From Dehalococcoidales bacterium (GTDB lineage: Bacteria; Chloroflexota; Dehalococcoidia; Dehalococcoidales; RBG-16-60-22), in assembly GCA_034418415.1 (NCBI GenBank), contig DAOULS010000007.1, positions 4,018-68,017 of the forward strand: 64,000 nt of DNA, written 5' to 3'. Position 1 is the first letter of the stretch. Every line of letters begins with the position of its first letter. Both the position numbers and the translations under genes were made by a program. Below the pieces are notes generated by a model, which was not told where the DNA came from, did no database searches, and worked only from the letters and a program-made list of their open reading frames with translations. Below are positions 29,971 to 38,733 of the stretch, piece by piece.

Positions 29971-31116
29971 CTAGCGCGATACTGCTTCTTTTTTCTCATC
30001 CTCCAGATGTATTTTCGCATTTGGCTTGAGCCGCCCGATAACCGGCTCGCCGCCCATCGGCGACCAGGCATTATCAAGGTCGGGGGATATCAGCCTGATG
30101 GCGGACTCCTCCGATGATAGATAAAGCATATCGCCTTTTTCCCCCACCGTCAGCGGACGCAGTCGAATGCGGTCGGTCAGCCCTATCATCTCGCCCGTAT
30201 GGGCGATAACGACGGCGAAAGGCCCGTTCAAAAGCAGGCTGCCGTAGGTCTGGCGTATCGCTCGCATCAGGTTCTGTTCTTTTTCCGGCATACGCTCGAT
30301 TTCGTCCCAGAACGGCGCCGCTAAGACCTTGGCGGCTATTTCCAGCGGCAGGTTATGTTTTCTCATGAGCAGGTCGACGGCGTAAGCGACGACCTCCGTG
30401 TCCGTCTGCATCGTACAACTATAGCCGAACTGCTCCAGATAGCGCCGGTTGATGCCGTAGGACGAGATTTCGCCGTTATGCACCACCGTCCAGTCCAGGA
30501 TCGAGAACGGGTGTGCCCCGCCCCACCACGCCACCGTGTTGGTCGGGAAGCGACCGTGGGCGGTCCAGATATAGGCTTTATATTGCTCTAATTTAAAGTA
30601 CTCGGCGATTTCTTCCGGGTAGCCAACGCCCTTGAAGACCGCCATGTTCTTACCGCTGGAAAAAACGAAGCTGTCATTATCGCTGGTATTTATATCCATG
30701 ACCCGCGCCACGACGTAGTCGTCGGCCGACTGGTTTTTCGGGAGGCTCTGGGGCACGTCCACGAAATAACGCCAGACCAGCGGGGGATTTTTTATTGCCG
30801 CCGTCTTTCGGGAAGGCACCTCCTCCTGCCAGACCACGTTGAAGTGCTCGCGCAGGAATTCTTCGGTTTCCAGCTTGCTTTTTATGCTAAGGTACATCAC
30901 GTGCAGGGCGTAGTTATCGGCATGTTCCGGGTAAAGGCCATAAGCTGCGAAGCCGCCGCCCAGTCCGTTACCGCGGTCGTGCATGTTGGCGATAGCTTTG
31001 ATTACGCTCTCGCCGGAGAACCTTCGTCCGGTTCTGTCCATAGCGCCGAAGATAGAACAGGCGTCGATTACCTTATCATCGTTATAGGTGTTGTTTATTA
31101 ACGCTAAATTTCTCAT
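29971..31116 (-). CDS. Class-II (Ntn) glutamine amidotransferase subunit (GltB domain 1)
   Basis: The track ORF starts at a GTG at 31140. I prefer the ATG at 31116 (MRNLALINN...), which is preceded by GGAAGGA. A candidate nucleophile Cys sits in ...VIDACSIFGAMD..., followed by ...HGRFPTNT... and ...VVHNGEISSYG.... Confidence 0.8.
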   Translation of the reverse strand: MRNLALINNTYNDDKVIDACSIFGAMDRTGRRFSGESVIKAIANMHDRGNGLGGGFAAYGLYPEHADNYALHVMYLSIKSKLETEEFLREHFNVVWQEEVPSRKTAAIKNPPLVWRYFVDVPQSLPKNQSADDYVVARVMDINTSDNDSFVFSSGKNMAVFKGVGYPEEIAEYFKLEQYKAYIWTAHGRFPTNTVAWWGGAHPFSILDWTVVHNGEISSYGINRRYLEQFGYSCTMQTDTEVVAYAVDLLMRKHNLPLEIAAKVLAAPFWDEIERMPEKEQNLMRAIRQTYGSLLLNGPFAVVIAHTGEMIGLTDRIRLRPLTVGEKGDMLYLSSEESAIRLISPDLDNAWSPMGGEPVIGRLKPNAKIHLEDEKKEAVSR

Positions 31117-31139
31117 TGGTGTCCTTCCGGATAGTAACA

Positions 31140-32483
31140 CTAGTCCCCGATGATAGCCTCTTCCATCGGCTCTTCGGTGGTGATAAGAACAGCCGACGCT
31201 GAAGGCTTGGCCAGTTTCGAGCGCCAGGCGGATTCTGGCAGGGAAGCCAGTCCGAAATCATCGGCGACGAGTTGCTGCTTAAAACTCTCCACATTTATGC
31301 CGTCTTTCATCAAATTGTAAATAATCCCCGATTTTTCAATATCCCCGGCGAACGCAAAGCCCGCCAGTTTACCCTTCTTCAAAATAACCTTGCGGTAGGT
31401 ACCGTTATTCCGGTTGATAATAGTCTCGTAGCCGTCATCGGGCGGATTTACGAGCCCGGCGGAGGCGATGTTCAACCCGAAGTATTTCAGGGCGTTCATG
31501 GCCGTGCCGCCCGTATATTCCACCTTTTTCCCCGCCATATTAAGACCGGCTACGTGACCGCCCTCGTAAGCGTTGGGCCAGACCGGCGTGGGTCGATTTT
31601 CCCCCAGCACGAAGTCGTAAGCCTCGGCGGCGTCGCCGCAGGCGTAGATATTAGGCAGCGAGGCGGCCATGTGTCTATCGACCACGATGCCGCGGTTTGT
31701 TTTTATTTTGGTTTTGGCAACTAGGTCGAGCCGCGGCCTGACGCCAATAGCGATAACTACCATGTCGCCGGGCAGCGTCCGTCCGTCGTCCAGGGTCACG
31801 CTGCTGACCTTTCCGGCGGTCTGGCTATTGATTCTCGCCACGGTGCGGCCGGTAATGATATTCACGCCGGCCTGCTCCAGGGCAGCCGCTTCCAGGGCCG
31901 CTGCCTCCTCATCGAGAATCGTATTCAAAACATAGTCCTTCATTTCTATAATGGTCACCTCAACGCCCCGCTTTACCAGCGCCTCCGTGACGCTGACCCC
32001 GATAAGGCCTCCCCCGATAACCACGGCCTTTACATTCCTCCGGTATTCGTTCAGATATTTATCAATCGCTTTGGCATCGTCGAGCTTGTTGAAAGTGAAG
32101 ATGCCTTTCAACTGCATGCCTTCCATCTTGGGCACGATAGGCGCGCCGCCGGTAGCCAGCAGCAGCTTTTGCCACTTTATTAATTTACCGCTCCCCAGTT
32201 TTACCGTATTCTTTGCCGTATTAATGGCAACGACCTTTTCCCCGAAGACGGACTGAATATCGTTTGCCTTGTAGAAATCGGGTTTGCGGTAGAGCATTTT
32301 CTCTATCGGGCACGGCTGCGCCAGGTACTCCGATATAAGCGGACGGGAATAGGCGGGGTAAGGCTCATCGGAGACGATGGTTATCTTACCGACCCCGTCC
32401 GCCTCGCGGATGGCTTCGGCCGCGCCGATGCCGCCCGCCGAGTTTCCTATAATTAGATATTTTGCATTAGTTGGTGTTGACAT
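31140..32483 (-). CDS. FAD/NAD(P)-dependent pyridine-nucleotide-disulfide-family oxidoreductase (putative electron-input subunit of the split GOGAT)
   Basis: 447 aa with two Rossmann dinucleotide motifs (YLIIGNSAGGIGAAEA and AVVIGGGLIGVSVTEAL) and ...IYACGDAAE.... Confidence 0.8.
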   Translation of the reverse strand: MSTPTNAKYLIIGNSAGGIGAAEAIREADGVGKITIVSDEPYPAYSRPLISEYLAQPCPIEKMLYRKPDFYKANDIQSVFGEKVVAINTAKNTVKLGSGKLIKWQKLLLATGGAPIVPKMEGMQLKGIFTFNKLDDAKAIDKYLNEYRRNVKAVVIGGGLIGVSVTEALVKRGVEVTIIEMKDYVLNTILDEEAAALEAAALEQAGVNIITGRTVARINSQTAGKVSSVTLDDGRTLPGDMVVIAIGVRPRLDLVAKTKIKTNRGIVVDRHMAASLPNIYACGDAAEAYDFVLGENRPTPVWPNAYEGGHVAGLNMAGKKVEYTGGTAMNALKYFGLNIASAGLVNPPDDGYETIINRNNGTYRKVILKKGKLAGFAFAGDIEKSGIIYNLMKDGINVESFKQQLVADDFGLASLPESAWRSKLAKPSASAVLITTEEPMEEAIIGD

Positions 32484-32541
32484 AATTCACCATTCAATCA
32501 AGTAACACTTATGATTGATATTTCTTATATTCTTCAGGTCT

Positions 32542-32910
32542 TTAATTCTTTACGGTTACCTCGACAACGTTTTGCCGGGCTACGGCTACCTCGGAGCCGT
32601 TTTTACGGACGAAGGCGTGCATCAGGCCGAGTATTTCGTACTGACCATTTTCCAGACCGACCGTATCCCACCTGACCGGGAAGTTGTTTTGCCTGTCCGA
32701 GGACTCGTCGATTTTAATCCATGTATCGGTGTTCTTTTTCCGGAAGTACCAGGGGTTGGATATCCTGATAACCGGTCCCTGTAAACCCAATTCCTCCAGC
32801 TCTTTCATCAGCTCGTTTTCGTCGAGTTCTTCACGAAGTTGTACGGCTCCGGAATAGACCTTTATTACCCCGGATGGTACGATATAACGCGGTCCCCAAT
32901 TGTGCGGCAT
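32542..32910 (-). CDS. Hypothetical protein embedded in the GOGAT operon
   Basis: Track ORF trimmed to the ATG at 32910 (MPHNWGPRYIVPSGVIKVYSG...) with AGGAGGTG upstream. 122 aa with a beta-rich C-terminus. No family recognised. Confidence 0.5.
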   Translation of the reverse strand: MPHNWGPRYIVPSGVIKVYSGAVQLREELDENELMKELEELGLQGPVIRISNPWYFRKKNTDTWIKIDESSDRQNNFPVRWDTVGLENGQYEILGLMHAFVRKNGSEVAVARQNVVEVTVKN

Positions 32911-32921
32911 AATACACCTCC

Positions 32922-33437
32922 TTAACCTTTTGTTTTTACAGGTGATATTTTTTGTCTGCCAGTACCGGTATCGGTAGAGGCCGGCGTTTTTTCCTCCTCT
33001 GCTTCTTCCATATAGACCAGTGCCTCGTTGGGGCAATTAGCCACGCAGACGGGTATTTCCTCGTCCTGACAGAGGTCGCATTTGACCATTTTCTTCTGGG
33101 CTTTGTCCAGTTTCGGCACCCCTAGCGGACAGACCAGGGCGCAGGTGCCGCAGCCGATGCATCGTTCTTCATCCACGATTACCAGTCCGGTCGCCGGGTC
33201 TCTGGATAGCGCGCCGGTAAGACACGCCTTAATACAGGGGGCATCGGCGCAGTGCTCGCAGCGCACGGAAAGGGAAACGATACCGCTTTCGTCCACACGT
33301 ACTCTGGGCAGTGCCCGCGGCGACTCTTTTTTATAGGCTTTGATAAGGTCCTTAGTGTGGGCATGTTTCAGCAGGCAGTACACCTCGCAGAGGCGACAGC
33401 CCATACAGACCTTTTCATTAACGTATACCTTTTTCAT
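32922..33437 (-). CDS. 4Fe-4S dicluster ferredoxin-domain protein
   Basis: 171 aa with CMGCRLCEVYC, CEHCADAPCIKAC, CIGCGTCALVCP and CDLCQDEEIPVCVANCP motifs. It is the first gene of the GOGAT operon. Confidence 0.85.
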   Translation of the reverse strand: MKKVYVNEKVCMGCRLCEVYCLLKHAHTKDLIKAYKKESPRALPRVRVDESGIVSLSVRCEHCADAPCIKACLTGALSRDPATGLVIVDEERCIGCGTCALVCPLGVPKLDKAQKKMVKCDLCQDEEIPVCVANCPNEALVYMEEAEEEKTPASTDTGTGRQKISPVKTKG

Positions 33438-33508
33438 TTCCGTTTTTATCCCTGCTTATAACTGGATAAAGCATAAGGATTACGGCAACCGTTTACCGTA
33501 TCCTATTA

Positions 33509-33537
33509 AGGATAACACCTCTTTTACTGTTTGTCAA
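33509..33537 (-). promoter_or_regulatory. Candidate promoter of the ferredoxin-GOGAT operon
   Basis: On the minus strand: TTGACA (33532-33537), 17 nt, TATCCT (33509-33514). The leader can form the stem-loop AGGATACGG/CCGTAATCCT (33477-33504). Confidence 0.4.
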
Positions 33538-33621
33538 TAGGTTTTAAGGTTTTTTAAACAGAATTTGATACTAAAGACAGGTAGGAGGGAATACTGTAGG
33601 GCGATGGAGGTGAATTGCTTG

Positions 33622-34380
33622 TCAATGGGCTCTGAAACAGACCCTTTCCAGGCCGGTTAATGCCGCCACACTGGCCCCGGTAACGCCGAAGATAATCATC
33701 CTTTTACCCTGCGCAGCGGCCTTTTCCCGTATTTCATCGAAAGTTCCGTTAACGATGGTGCTGCTGGTAACGAGCAGCAGGTCGCACCACTCAATCAGCT
33801 TTCCGGTATCCGTTCTGCCGTCCCAGATTTGAGCCCCGTATTTCACGGTGCCGATATTATCGGGGTTAAGGTCCGTGCAGCGCACGTTATCACCACCAAA
33901 AGTCAAGACCAGATTTTCCAGGATAGCCGGCTGGAGTCCTATCAGACCGACTTTTACCTTGCCTGTATTGTTCAGAACATACTGCGCTATTTCTGCGGCG
34001 CATTCCTCCGGCTCCTCGTCGCGACAGTGCCTTGTCTCGTTAACCAGGCCCAGGTGCGCCGCGACCGCATTCAGGGTGGCAATGAAAATGGCCCTGTTGT
34101 CGCTCTTGTCCAGGCTTAATTCCAGGACATCGTTCAGCGAACCGGAAAAGTCGCTTGGTTTATCCGTAAAAGCCTGACCGTAACTGCCGCGGAATTCAGC
34201 CTCAATCATGACCTCTTTACCCTGCAGAAGAGGGAAGTCCTGCCGTCTTGGGCTGCCGATTGCCTGCTTGACCGACAGCGTCCCGATGGTAACCTTCACC
34301 GCCGTTTCGCCGAGATGCTTTTGGGCGGCAATCGACTGCAGTTTTTCTTTAGCTTCAATAATTACTGGTTTTGGTGCCAA
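33622..34380 (-). CDS. DUF364-like (Rossmann-like, 'putative heavy-metal chelation') protein
   Basis: 252 aa. ...KVGLIGLQPAILENL... and ...DLLLVTSSTIVNGTFDEI... parallel the second DUF364 protein at 45854..46582. It overlaps the ModA-like gene by 19 nt. Confidence 0.55.
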   Translation of the reverse strand: MAPKPVIIEAKEKLQSIAAQKHLGETAVKVTIGTLSVKQAIGSPRRQDFPLLQGKEVMIEAEFRGSYGQAFTDKPSDFSGSLNDVLELSLDKSDNRAIFIATLNAVAAHLGLVNETRHCRDEEPEECAAEIAQYVLNNTGKVKVGLIGLQPAILENLVLTFGGDNVRCTDLNPDNIGTVKYGAQIWDGRTDTGKLIEWCDLLLVTSSTIVNGTFDEIREKAAAQGKRMIIFGVTGASVAALTGLERVCFRAH

Positions 34381-35180
34381 TACTGGTCCACCTCCCAGGT
34401 ATTAGTAAAATAACCGTATTTTTGAAATATTTCCTTGCCTTCGGCCGAGGTTACGAAGTAGATGAACTCCCGTGCCAGACTGCCATTCTGGCAGTAAGAG
34501 GTCACCGCTATCTGCATTTCGCCGATACCGGTAAGCTGCTCGGGCGGCAGGAAAATTACCTCGATATCATCCGGTGCCTGGAGCTGGTAGAAATGCCAGA
34601 TTATCCCGGCATCGACCTGCCCCATGACCAGCGCCGTCAGCAGGCTGTCGGGTCGGGCGGCTTCGGTGACGATATTATTACCTATCTCCTCGGCCAGTCC
34701 CGCCTTGCTGAATATCTCGTAAGCGTATTTCCCCACTAGGGTCGTCTCCGCACGGGTGACACCGACCTGAATGCCTGGTTTGGCAAGGTCGGCTAGCGAC
34801 TGTATATTATGGGGATTGCCTTTTTGCACGGCGATGACCGGTATCATGTAGGCGACACTCTCGATTGTCGAGGCATCAACGGCATTTTTCGTTACCGCTG
34901 TCTCCATGAAACTCTGTTCCGGGGCTACATAAACGTCGCCGCTTTCCGAAAGCACCATCTGGTTCAATACCTCGCCACCGCCCCCGTAGGTGATTTCAAC
35001 GGTTATGCCGTGCAATTCCTTAAATTTTTGCACTATTTCATCCATGGCTGGCTTGGACCCGGCGGCGGCAAAAACGGTTATCGTACCATCTGGCGATGAG
35101 CATGACGCACTGAATCCCGTAACTGATGTTAATAACATGAGAAATGCCAGAATAATAACTATCTTTCTTTTCAGGAACAT
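34362..35180 (-). CDS. ModA/WtpA-like periplasmic binding lipoprotein (molybdate/tungstate type), no cognate permease or ATPase nearby
   Basis: Track ORF trimmed to MFLKRKIVIILAFLMLLTSVTGFSASCSS (lipobox). ...ITVFAAAGSKPAMDEIVQKFKELHGITVEITYGGGGEVLNQMV...DVYVAPEQ... resembles ModA-type binding proteins. Confidence 0.65.
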   Translation of the reverse strand: MFLKRKIVIILAFLMLLTSVTGFSASCSSPDGTITVFAAAGSKPAMDEIVQKFKELHGITVEITYGGGGEVLNQMVLSESGDVYVAPEQSFMETAVTKNAVDASTIESVAYMIPVIAVQKGNPHNIQSLADLAKPGIQVGVTRAETTLVGKYAYEIFSKAGLAEEIGNNIVTEAARPDSLLTALVMGQVDAGIIWHFYQLQAPDDIEVIFLPPEQLTGIGEMQIAVTSYCQNGSLAREFIYFVTSAEGKEIFQKYGYFTNTWEVDQYWHQNQ

Positions 35181-35235
35181 AATATAACCTCTTATAATCG
35201 GGATTTTAGCGGTACAGCTTAGGAAAAACTCGTCC

Positions 35236-35264
35236 ATTATAACAAAACGTTATATCGTTGTCAA
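35236..35264 (-). promoter_or_regulatory. Perfect consensus sigma70 promoter ahead of the ModA-like gene
   Basis: On the minus strand: TTGACA (35259-35264), 17 nt, TATAAT (35236-35241). Confidence 0.6.
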
Positions 35265-35329
35265 TATAGTATTACTAAGGATTCATTTAACAGCCCTGTA
35301 AGTAGACTATGATATCCTTGTGTTAACTT

Positions 35330-36073
35330 TTATTCGTGGTCCATGCCCCAGGCCTCGAAGACCTTCTTGTAGAGGTCCGGCTGGGGGAAGTCCGGCCGCA
35401 TCATCATCTGTTCGTGGGCGAACCCGGACTCGTTCCTGTCGAAATCGCGCAGGTTCTCCACCAGCGCGGGCAGCTTTTCCCGCGGCACCGAGAACATCAT
35501 CTCACCCTGGATAGTCAGCGCCCGGGCGTACTCGCCGGGGTCGGGCAGGTTAATCCAGTACTCGCCGTGCAGCATTACGGGCACGATGGAGTTAGAGCAG
35601 GAGAAGGGAAAGAAGTTGGATTTAACCAGTTGCCTCTCCTCCATTTTCAGCGAAAGGAGGATGATGCGGAGCTGGTTGGTATCGCAGTAGATAATCACGG
35701 CATCCGGCTCGAAGGCGGCTTTCTTCAGCGGGGCGGTAAGAATGCCGATGTACTTGCCGTACTCGAAACATTCGCCCGTGTTTTGGGCTCTAGCAGCCGG
35801 GTCATCGGGTATTTGTATCAGCCCGTAAGATATAACGGCGCCGGGGCACCAGTTGTCCTCTTTCAGCATGGCGACGGCAATCCTGTCCCGCCGCGATAGG
35901 GCAAATGCCTGGCATTGCGCCAGGTGGTAGCCGCGGTCTTTCTTGGGGCGGATGGCATCTTTGGGAATATCCGCTTCACTTTCCAGCATTTTCACGGCAA
36001 TGGGGGACGTGGATAGTCCAAGTATGTTCTCCAGTTCTTCTCCGTAGCGGTTATAGTCATTTATCGTCGGCAT
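35330..36073 (-). CDS. DUF169 family protein (paralog 1)
   Basis: 247 aa: MPTINDYNRYGEELENILGLSTSPIAVKMLESEADIPKDAIRPKKDRGYHLAQCQAFALSRRDRIAVAMLKEDNWCPGA.... The N-terminal half is clearly paralogous to 37929..38681. Confidence 0.6.
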   Translation of the reverse strand: MPTINDYNRYGEELENILGLSTSPIAVKMLESEADIPKDAIRPKKDRGYHLAQCQAFALSRRDRIAVAMLKEDNWCPGAVISYGLIQIPDDPAARAQNTGECFEYGKYIGILTAPLKKAAFEPDAVIIYCDTNQLRIILLSLKMEERQLVKSNFFPFSCSNSIVPVMLHGEYWINLPDPGEYARALTIQGEMMFSVPREKLPALVENLRDFDRNESGFAHEQMMMRPDFPQPDLYKKVFEAWGMDHE

Positions 36074-36096
36074 TTATGCCCTCCTGTAAATATTTA

Positions 36097-36651
36097 TTAT
36101 GAACGTATGGACTTTATTAGTTTAGCTACATTATTTTCCACCTCGACCAGGTCCTGCCGGTTGGGGCGTCCCCGGATATCGCCGAGCAGGCCTTTGGTGC
36201 TGTTTTCTAGAGATTTGTGGAACTCACCGACCACATACCATTCGGCAGCGACCTCGAAGCCGAGGTGCGCGAAAAACTGCCCGAGGTATTTCCCGGCGGG
36301 TATAGCTTCGTCGATGCCCGTGTGCGGGCCGGAATAGGTGATAAAAACCACGGCTTTTTTACCGGGTATTTTAGGGGCGCACGGTTTGATATCGCCGCGC
36401 TTTCTGTGGTCGTCCATCATTTCGCCGACTATTTTACGTACCGGTTCCGGCGGCGCCCACATGTATGACGGCGAGCCCATGAACACCAGGTCGTAATCGT
36501 ATAAGTTTACGGTACCGGCTTTGTGGATTTTCTTCATTGCCGGCTTGATTCCCTCACGCTCAAGCGCCTGTTGAATAGAGACCGCCACCTTTTCCGTATT
36601 GCCGGTAGCCGACCAGTAGTAAATCAGCACTTTAAGGTCGTTTTGTACCAT
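36097..36651 (-). CDS. Flavodoxin-like protein
   Basis: 184 aa. The N-terminal KVLIYYWSATGNTEKVA is an FMN phosphate-binding loop (S/T-x-T-G-N-T). Confidence 0.75.
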   Translation of the reverse strand: MVQNDLKVLIYYWSATGNTEKVAVSIQQALEREGIKPAMKKIHKAGTVNLYDYDLVFMGSPSYMWAPPEPVRKIVGEMMDDHRKRGDIKPCAPKIPGKKAVVFITYSGPHTGIDEAIPAGKYLGQFFAHLGFEVAAEWYVVGEFHKSLENSTKGLLGDIRGRPNRQDLVEVENNVAKLIKSIRS

Positions 36652-36669
36652 ATATTCCTCTCCTTTATA

Positions 36670-37848
36670 CTATCTCGAATACTTAATAAAGCCTTCGCCG
36701 TATAGGGATTCGTCCCGCTTTTTTCTACCGAGTCGATTCAGAAACTTAAAATAACTCAAGCCCTCGGTAAAGGCGCTATAACGGATAGCCCCGGGTTCGT
36801 GGCAGGTTTGACAGTATTCCGATTTGTCGATTCTTTTCCGCCAGGTTTGCGCCCTCGGACTTGCCCAGATTTCCCGGATGTCCTGTTGTTTCAAGTCCCC
36901 GACCGGTTCGGGCATGATTTCACAGGGATATATTTTACCATCAAAATCGATAAATAAATAGTTGAAAAGCGCCGTACAGACCCACTGCCTGCGGTTGCTG
37001 GCGAGAAACCGACGCGCCGTATTGTAGTAATGGCCTGTTTTCAATTCGTCGCGACTATAAAAGTCCAGCATCTTTTTGTATTCGGCGGGTGATAGCGCTA
37101 ATTCGTCCCGCCTGTTCAGGTTTCTAAACCTCTTTTCGGTAAAGAAAGCCGGAGAAATGATATAGAATAGGTCTCTGGTTCTGGCAAAGTCTAATATCTC
37201 ATCGAGGGCATCGATGTTTTGAGGCAGGATTGTTGTTTTTATACCTGAAATCAACTCGGGATATTCCTGCTTTAGTTCTGCGAGACGGTCGAGCGTTGCC
37301 GTAGCCATTTTGAAGGCGTTTTTTGTGCCCCTTATTTTATCGTGGGTTTCCCCGATACCGTCGATGGAAATAACACTGACCAGGTCGATATCCGTATCTT
37401 TTAAAACCCCTAATATCTCCCTGTAATTGGCTATGATTTTATCGGTCAGGAATCCGTTGGACGTGATAATAATGCTTCTCAATTTCGATAGAGAAGTGCT
37501 CTTAAGTTTAATTATCCCCAGCACGATATCAGTCAGGTCGTCCCTTAAATGCGGTTCGCCCCCGGTTAAGTCCAGCTCGACCAGTTCCGAGAACAGAGGA
37601 TTTGAGAGTAAATTGATAATTTCCGGCGCTGACAGCTCCTGGCTGACGATTTCCGGTTCTTCTCTTGCCCGCTGCCAGATATTGCACATGACGCAGTGGG
37701 AGTTGCAGCGGCCGGTGACCGCCAGACTTAAGACGGATGGCTTCAGGGGTCTGTTGATGCACCTGAAATAGCGGAACCTTAGAGCATTAAGCAGAAGCCT
37801 GCCAACGCTCTTATAGTAGCCGGTGTAGTTGCCCTTTTCCGGTTTCAA
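36670..37848 (-). CDS. Radical SAM enzyme with a Cys-rich (SPASM/twitch-like) C-terminal region
   Basis: 392 aa with a TTG start. It has CNSHCVMCNIW (CxxxCxxC), the GGEP motif (LTGGEPHLRDD) and C-terminal cysteines (...CTALFNYLFIDFDGKIYPCE...YCQTCHEPG...). Confidence 0.8.
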   Translation of the reverse strand: MKPEKGNYTGYYKSVGRLLLNALRFRYFRCINRPLKPSVLSLAVTGRCNSHCVMCNIWQRAREEPEIVSQELSAPEIINLLSNPLFSELVELDLTGGEPHLRDDLTDIVLGIIKLKSTSLSKLRSIIITSNGFLTDKIIANYREILGVLKDTDIDLVSVISIDGIGETHDKIRGTKNAFKMATATLDRLAELKQEYPELISGIKTTILPQNIDALDEILDFARTRDLFYIISPAFFTEKRFRNLNRRDELALSPAEYKKMLDFYSRDELKTGHYYNTARRFLASNRRQWVCTALFNYLFIDFDGKIYPCEIMPEPVGDLKQQDIREIWASPRAQTWRKRIDKSEYCQTCHEPGAIRYSAFTEGLSYFKFLNRLGRKKRDESLYGEGFIKYSR

Positions 37849-37928
37849 AACACCAATACTCTGGAATTTAGTACCGATATTAGTGTGTTAGTTTGATTTT
37901 TTATCTCACTCTACTAATCGGCCGACTA

Positions 37929-38681
37929 TCAGTCCTCTACGTCCAGGCCCCACTTTTTAAATAGCTCTTTGTAGAAGTCGGGACGGGGGAAGTCGGGGGT
38001 CATTATCATGTGCGACCAGTCATCCGGGTTCTGCTTCATCTCGGCGCTGCGTTTGACCCCTTCGGCCAGCTTGCCTATCTTGTCTTTGGGGACGGAGAAG
38101 ATAATCTCATCATCGCCGGCCCAGGCGCGGGAGTATTCGCCGGGGTCGGGGAGGGTAATCCGGTACTGCCCGTCCTGGAGTACAGGTAACACGGAGTACA
38201 CGCAGGAATCGATGGGGTCGAATTCGGACTTCACCGTTGTCTTTTCCACGAATTTAGGAACGCCGATCATCTCTCTTAATTGCGCGGTATTCGAATATAT
38301 CAGGACCATGTCCGGTTCGAAATTAGCCGTACTCAAGGGCGCGGTGACCATGCCGATATATTTGCCCAGTTCGAAACGGGGTAGAGAAGTAAGCGCGTCA
38401 ACAATCGGGTGGTGCGGGTCTTCCACCAGACCGTAAGCCATAAGCGGTGCCCAGCACCAGTGGTCTTCCTTCAACATGGCTATCGTCATTCCCTGCCGTC
38501 GCGTCATGGCGAAAGCCTGGCACTGCGCCAGGTGGTAGCCGCGGTCTTTTTTCGGCCGTATCGCCCCTTCCGGTATGTCCTCTTCCTTCTCCAGCATTTT
38601 CACGGCTATAGGAAACGTCTTCAGTTTCAGGTAGGTTTCGAGGTCTTTTCCCCATTGGTTATATTCTTTTATTGTGGGCAT
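37929..38681 (-). CDS. DUF169 family protein (paralog 2)
   Basis: 250 aa: MPTIKEYNQWGKDLETYLKLKTFPIAVKMLEKEEDIPEGAIRPKKDRGYHLAQCQAFAMTRRQGMTIAMLKEDHWCWAP... Confidence 0.6.
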   Translation of the reverse strand: MPTIKEYNQWGKDLETYLKLKTFPIAVKMLEKEEDIPEGAIRPKKDRGYHLAQCQAFAMTRRQGMTIAMLKEDHWCWAPLMAYGLVEDPHHPIVDALTSLPRFELGKYIGMVTAPLSTANFEPDMVLIYSNTAQLREMIGVPKFVEKTTVKSEFDPIDSCVYSVLPVLQDGQYRITLPDPGEYSRAWAGDDEIIFSVPKDKIGKLAEGVKRSAEMKQNPDDWSHMIMTPDFPRPDFYKELFKKWGLDVED

Positions 38682-38733
38682 GTGTTTAGCCTCCGTATAT
38701 ATTGATTATTAAGATGGGTTTCTTTTTGTCTTT

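Noticed and set aside
31117-31140. GTG start at 31140 for the amidotransferase gene, as implied by the ORF track
   Set aside because: The ATG at 31116 has a GGAAGGA RBS at proper spacing. The GTG would overlap the upstream stop and has no RBS. The shorter model was chosen, though the longer one is not excluded.
33479-33509. GTAAY-like pentamers (ATTAC, TTTAC, ATTAA on the plus strand) upstream of the GOGAT operon as a second binding site for the GlnR-like regulator
   Set aside because: The spacing is 13 bp rather than 11 bp, the pentamers are degenerate, and they fall downstream of the predicted promoter. This is too weak to call and is noted only as something to test alongside the amt site.
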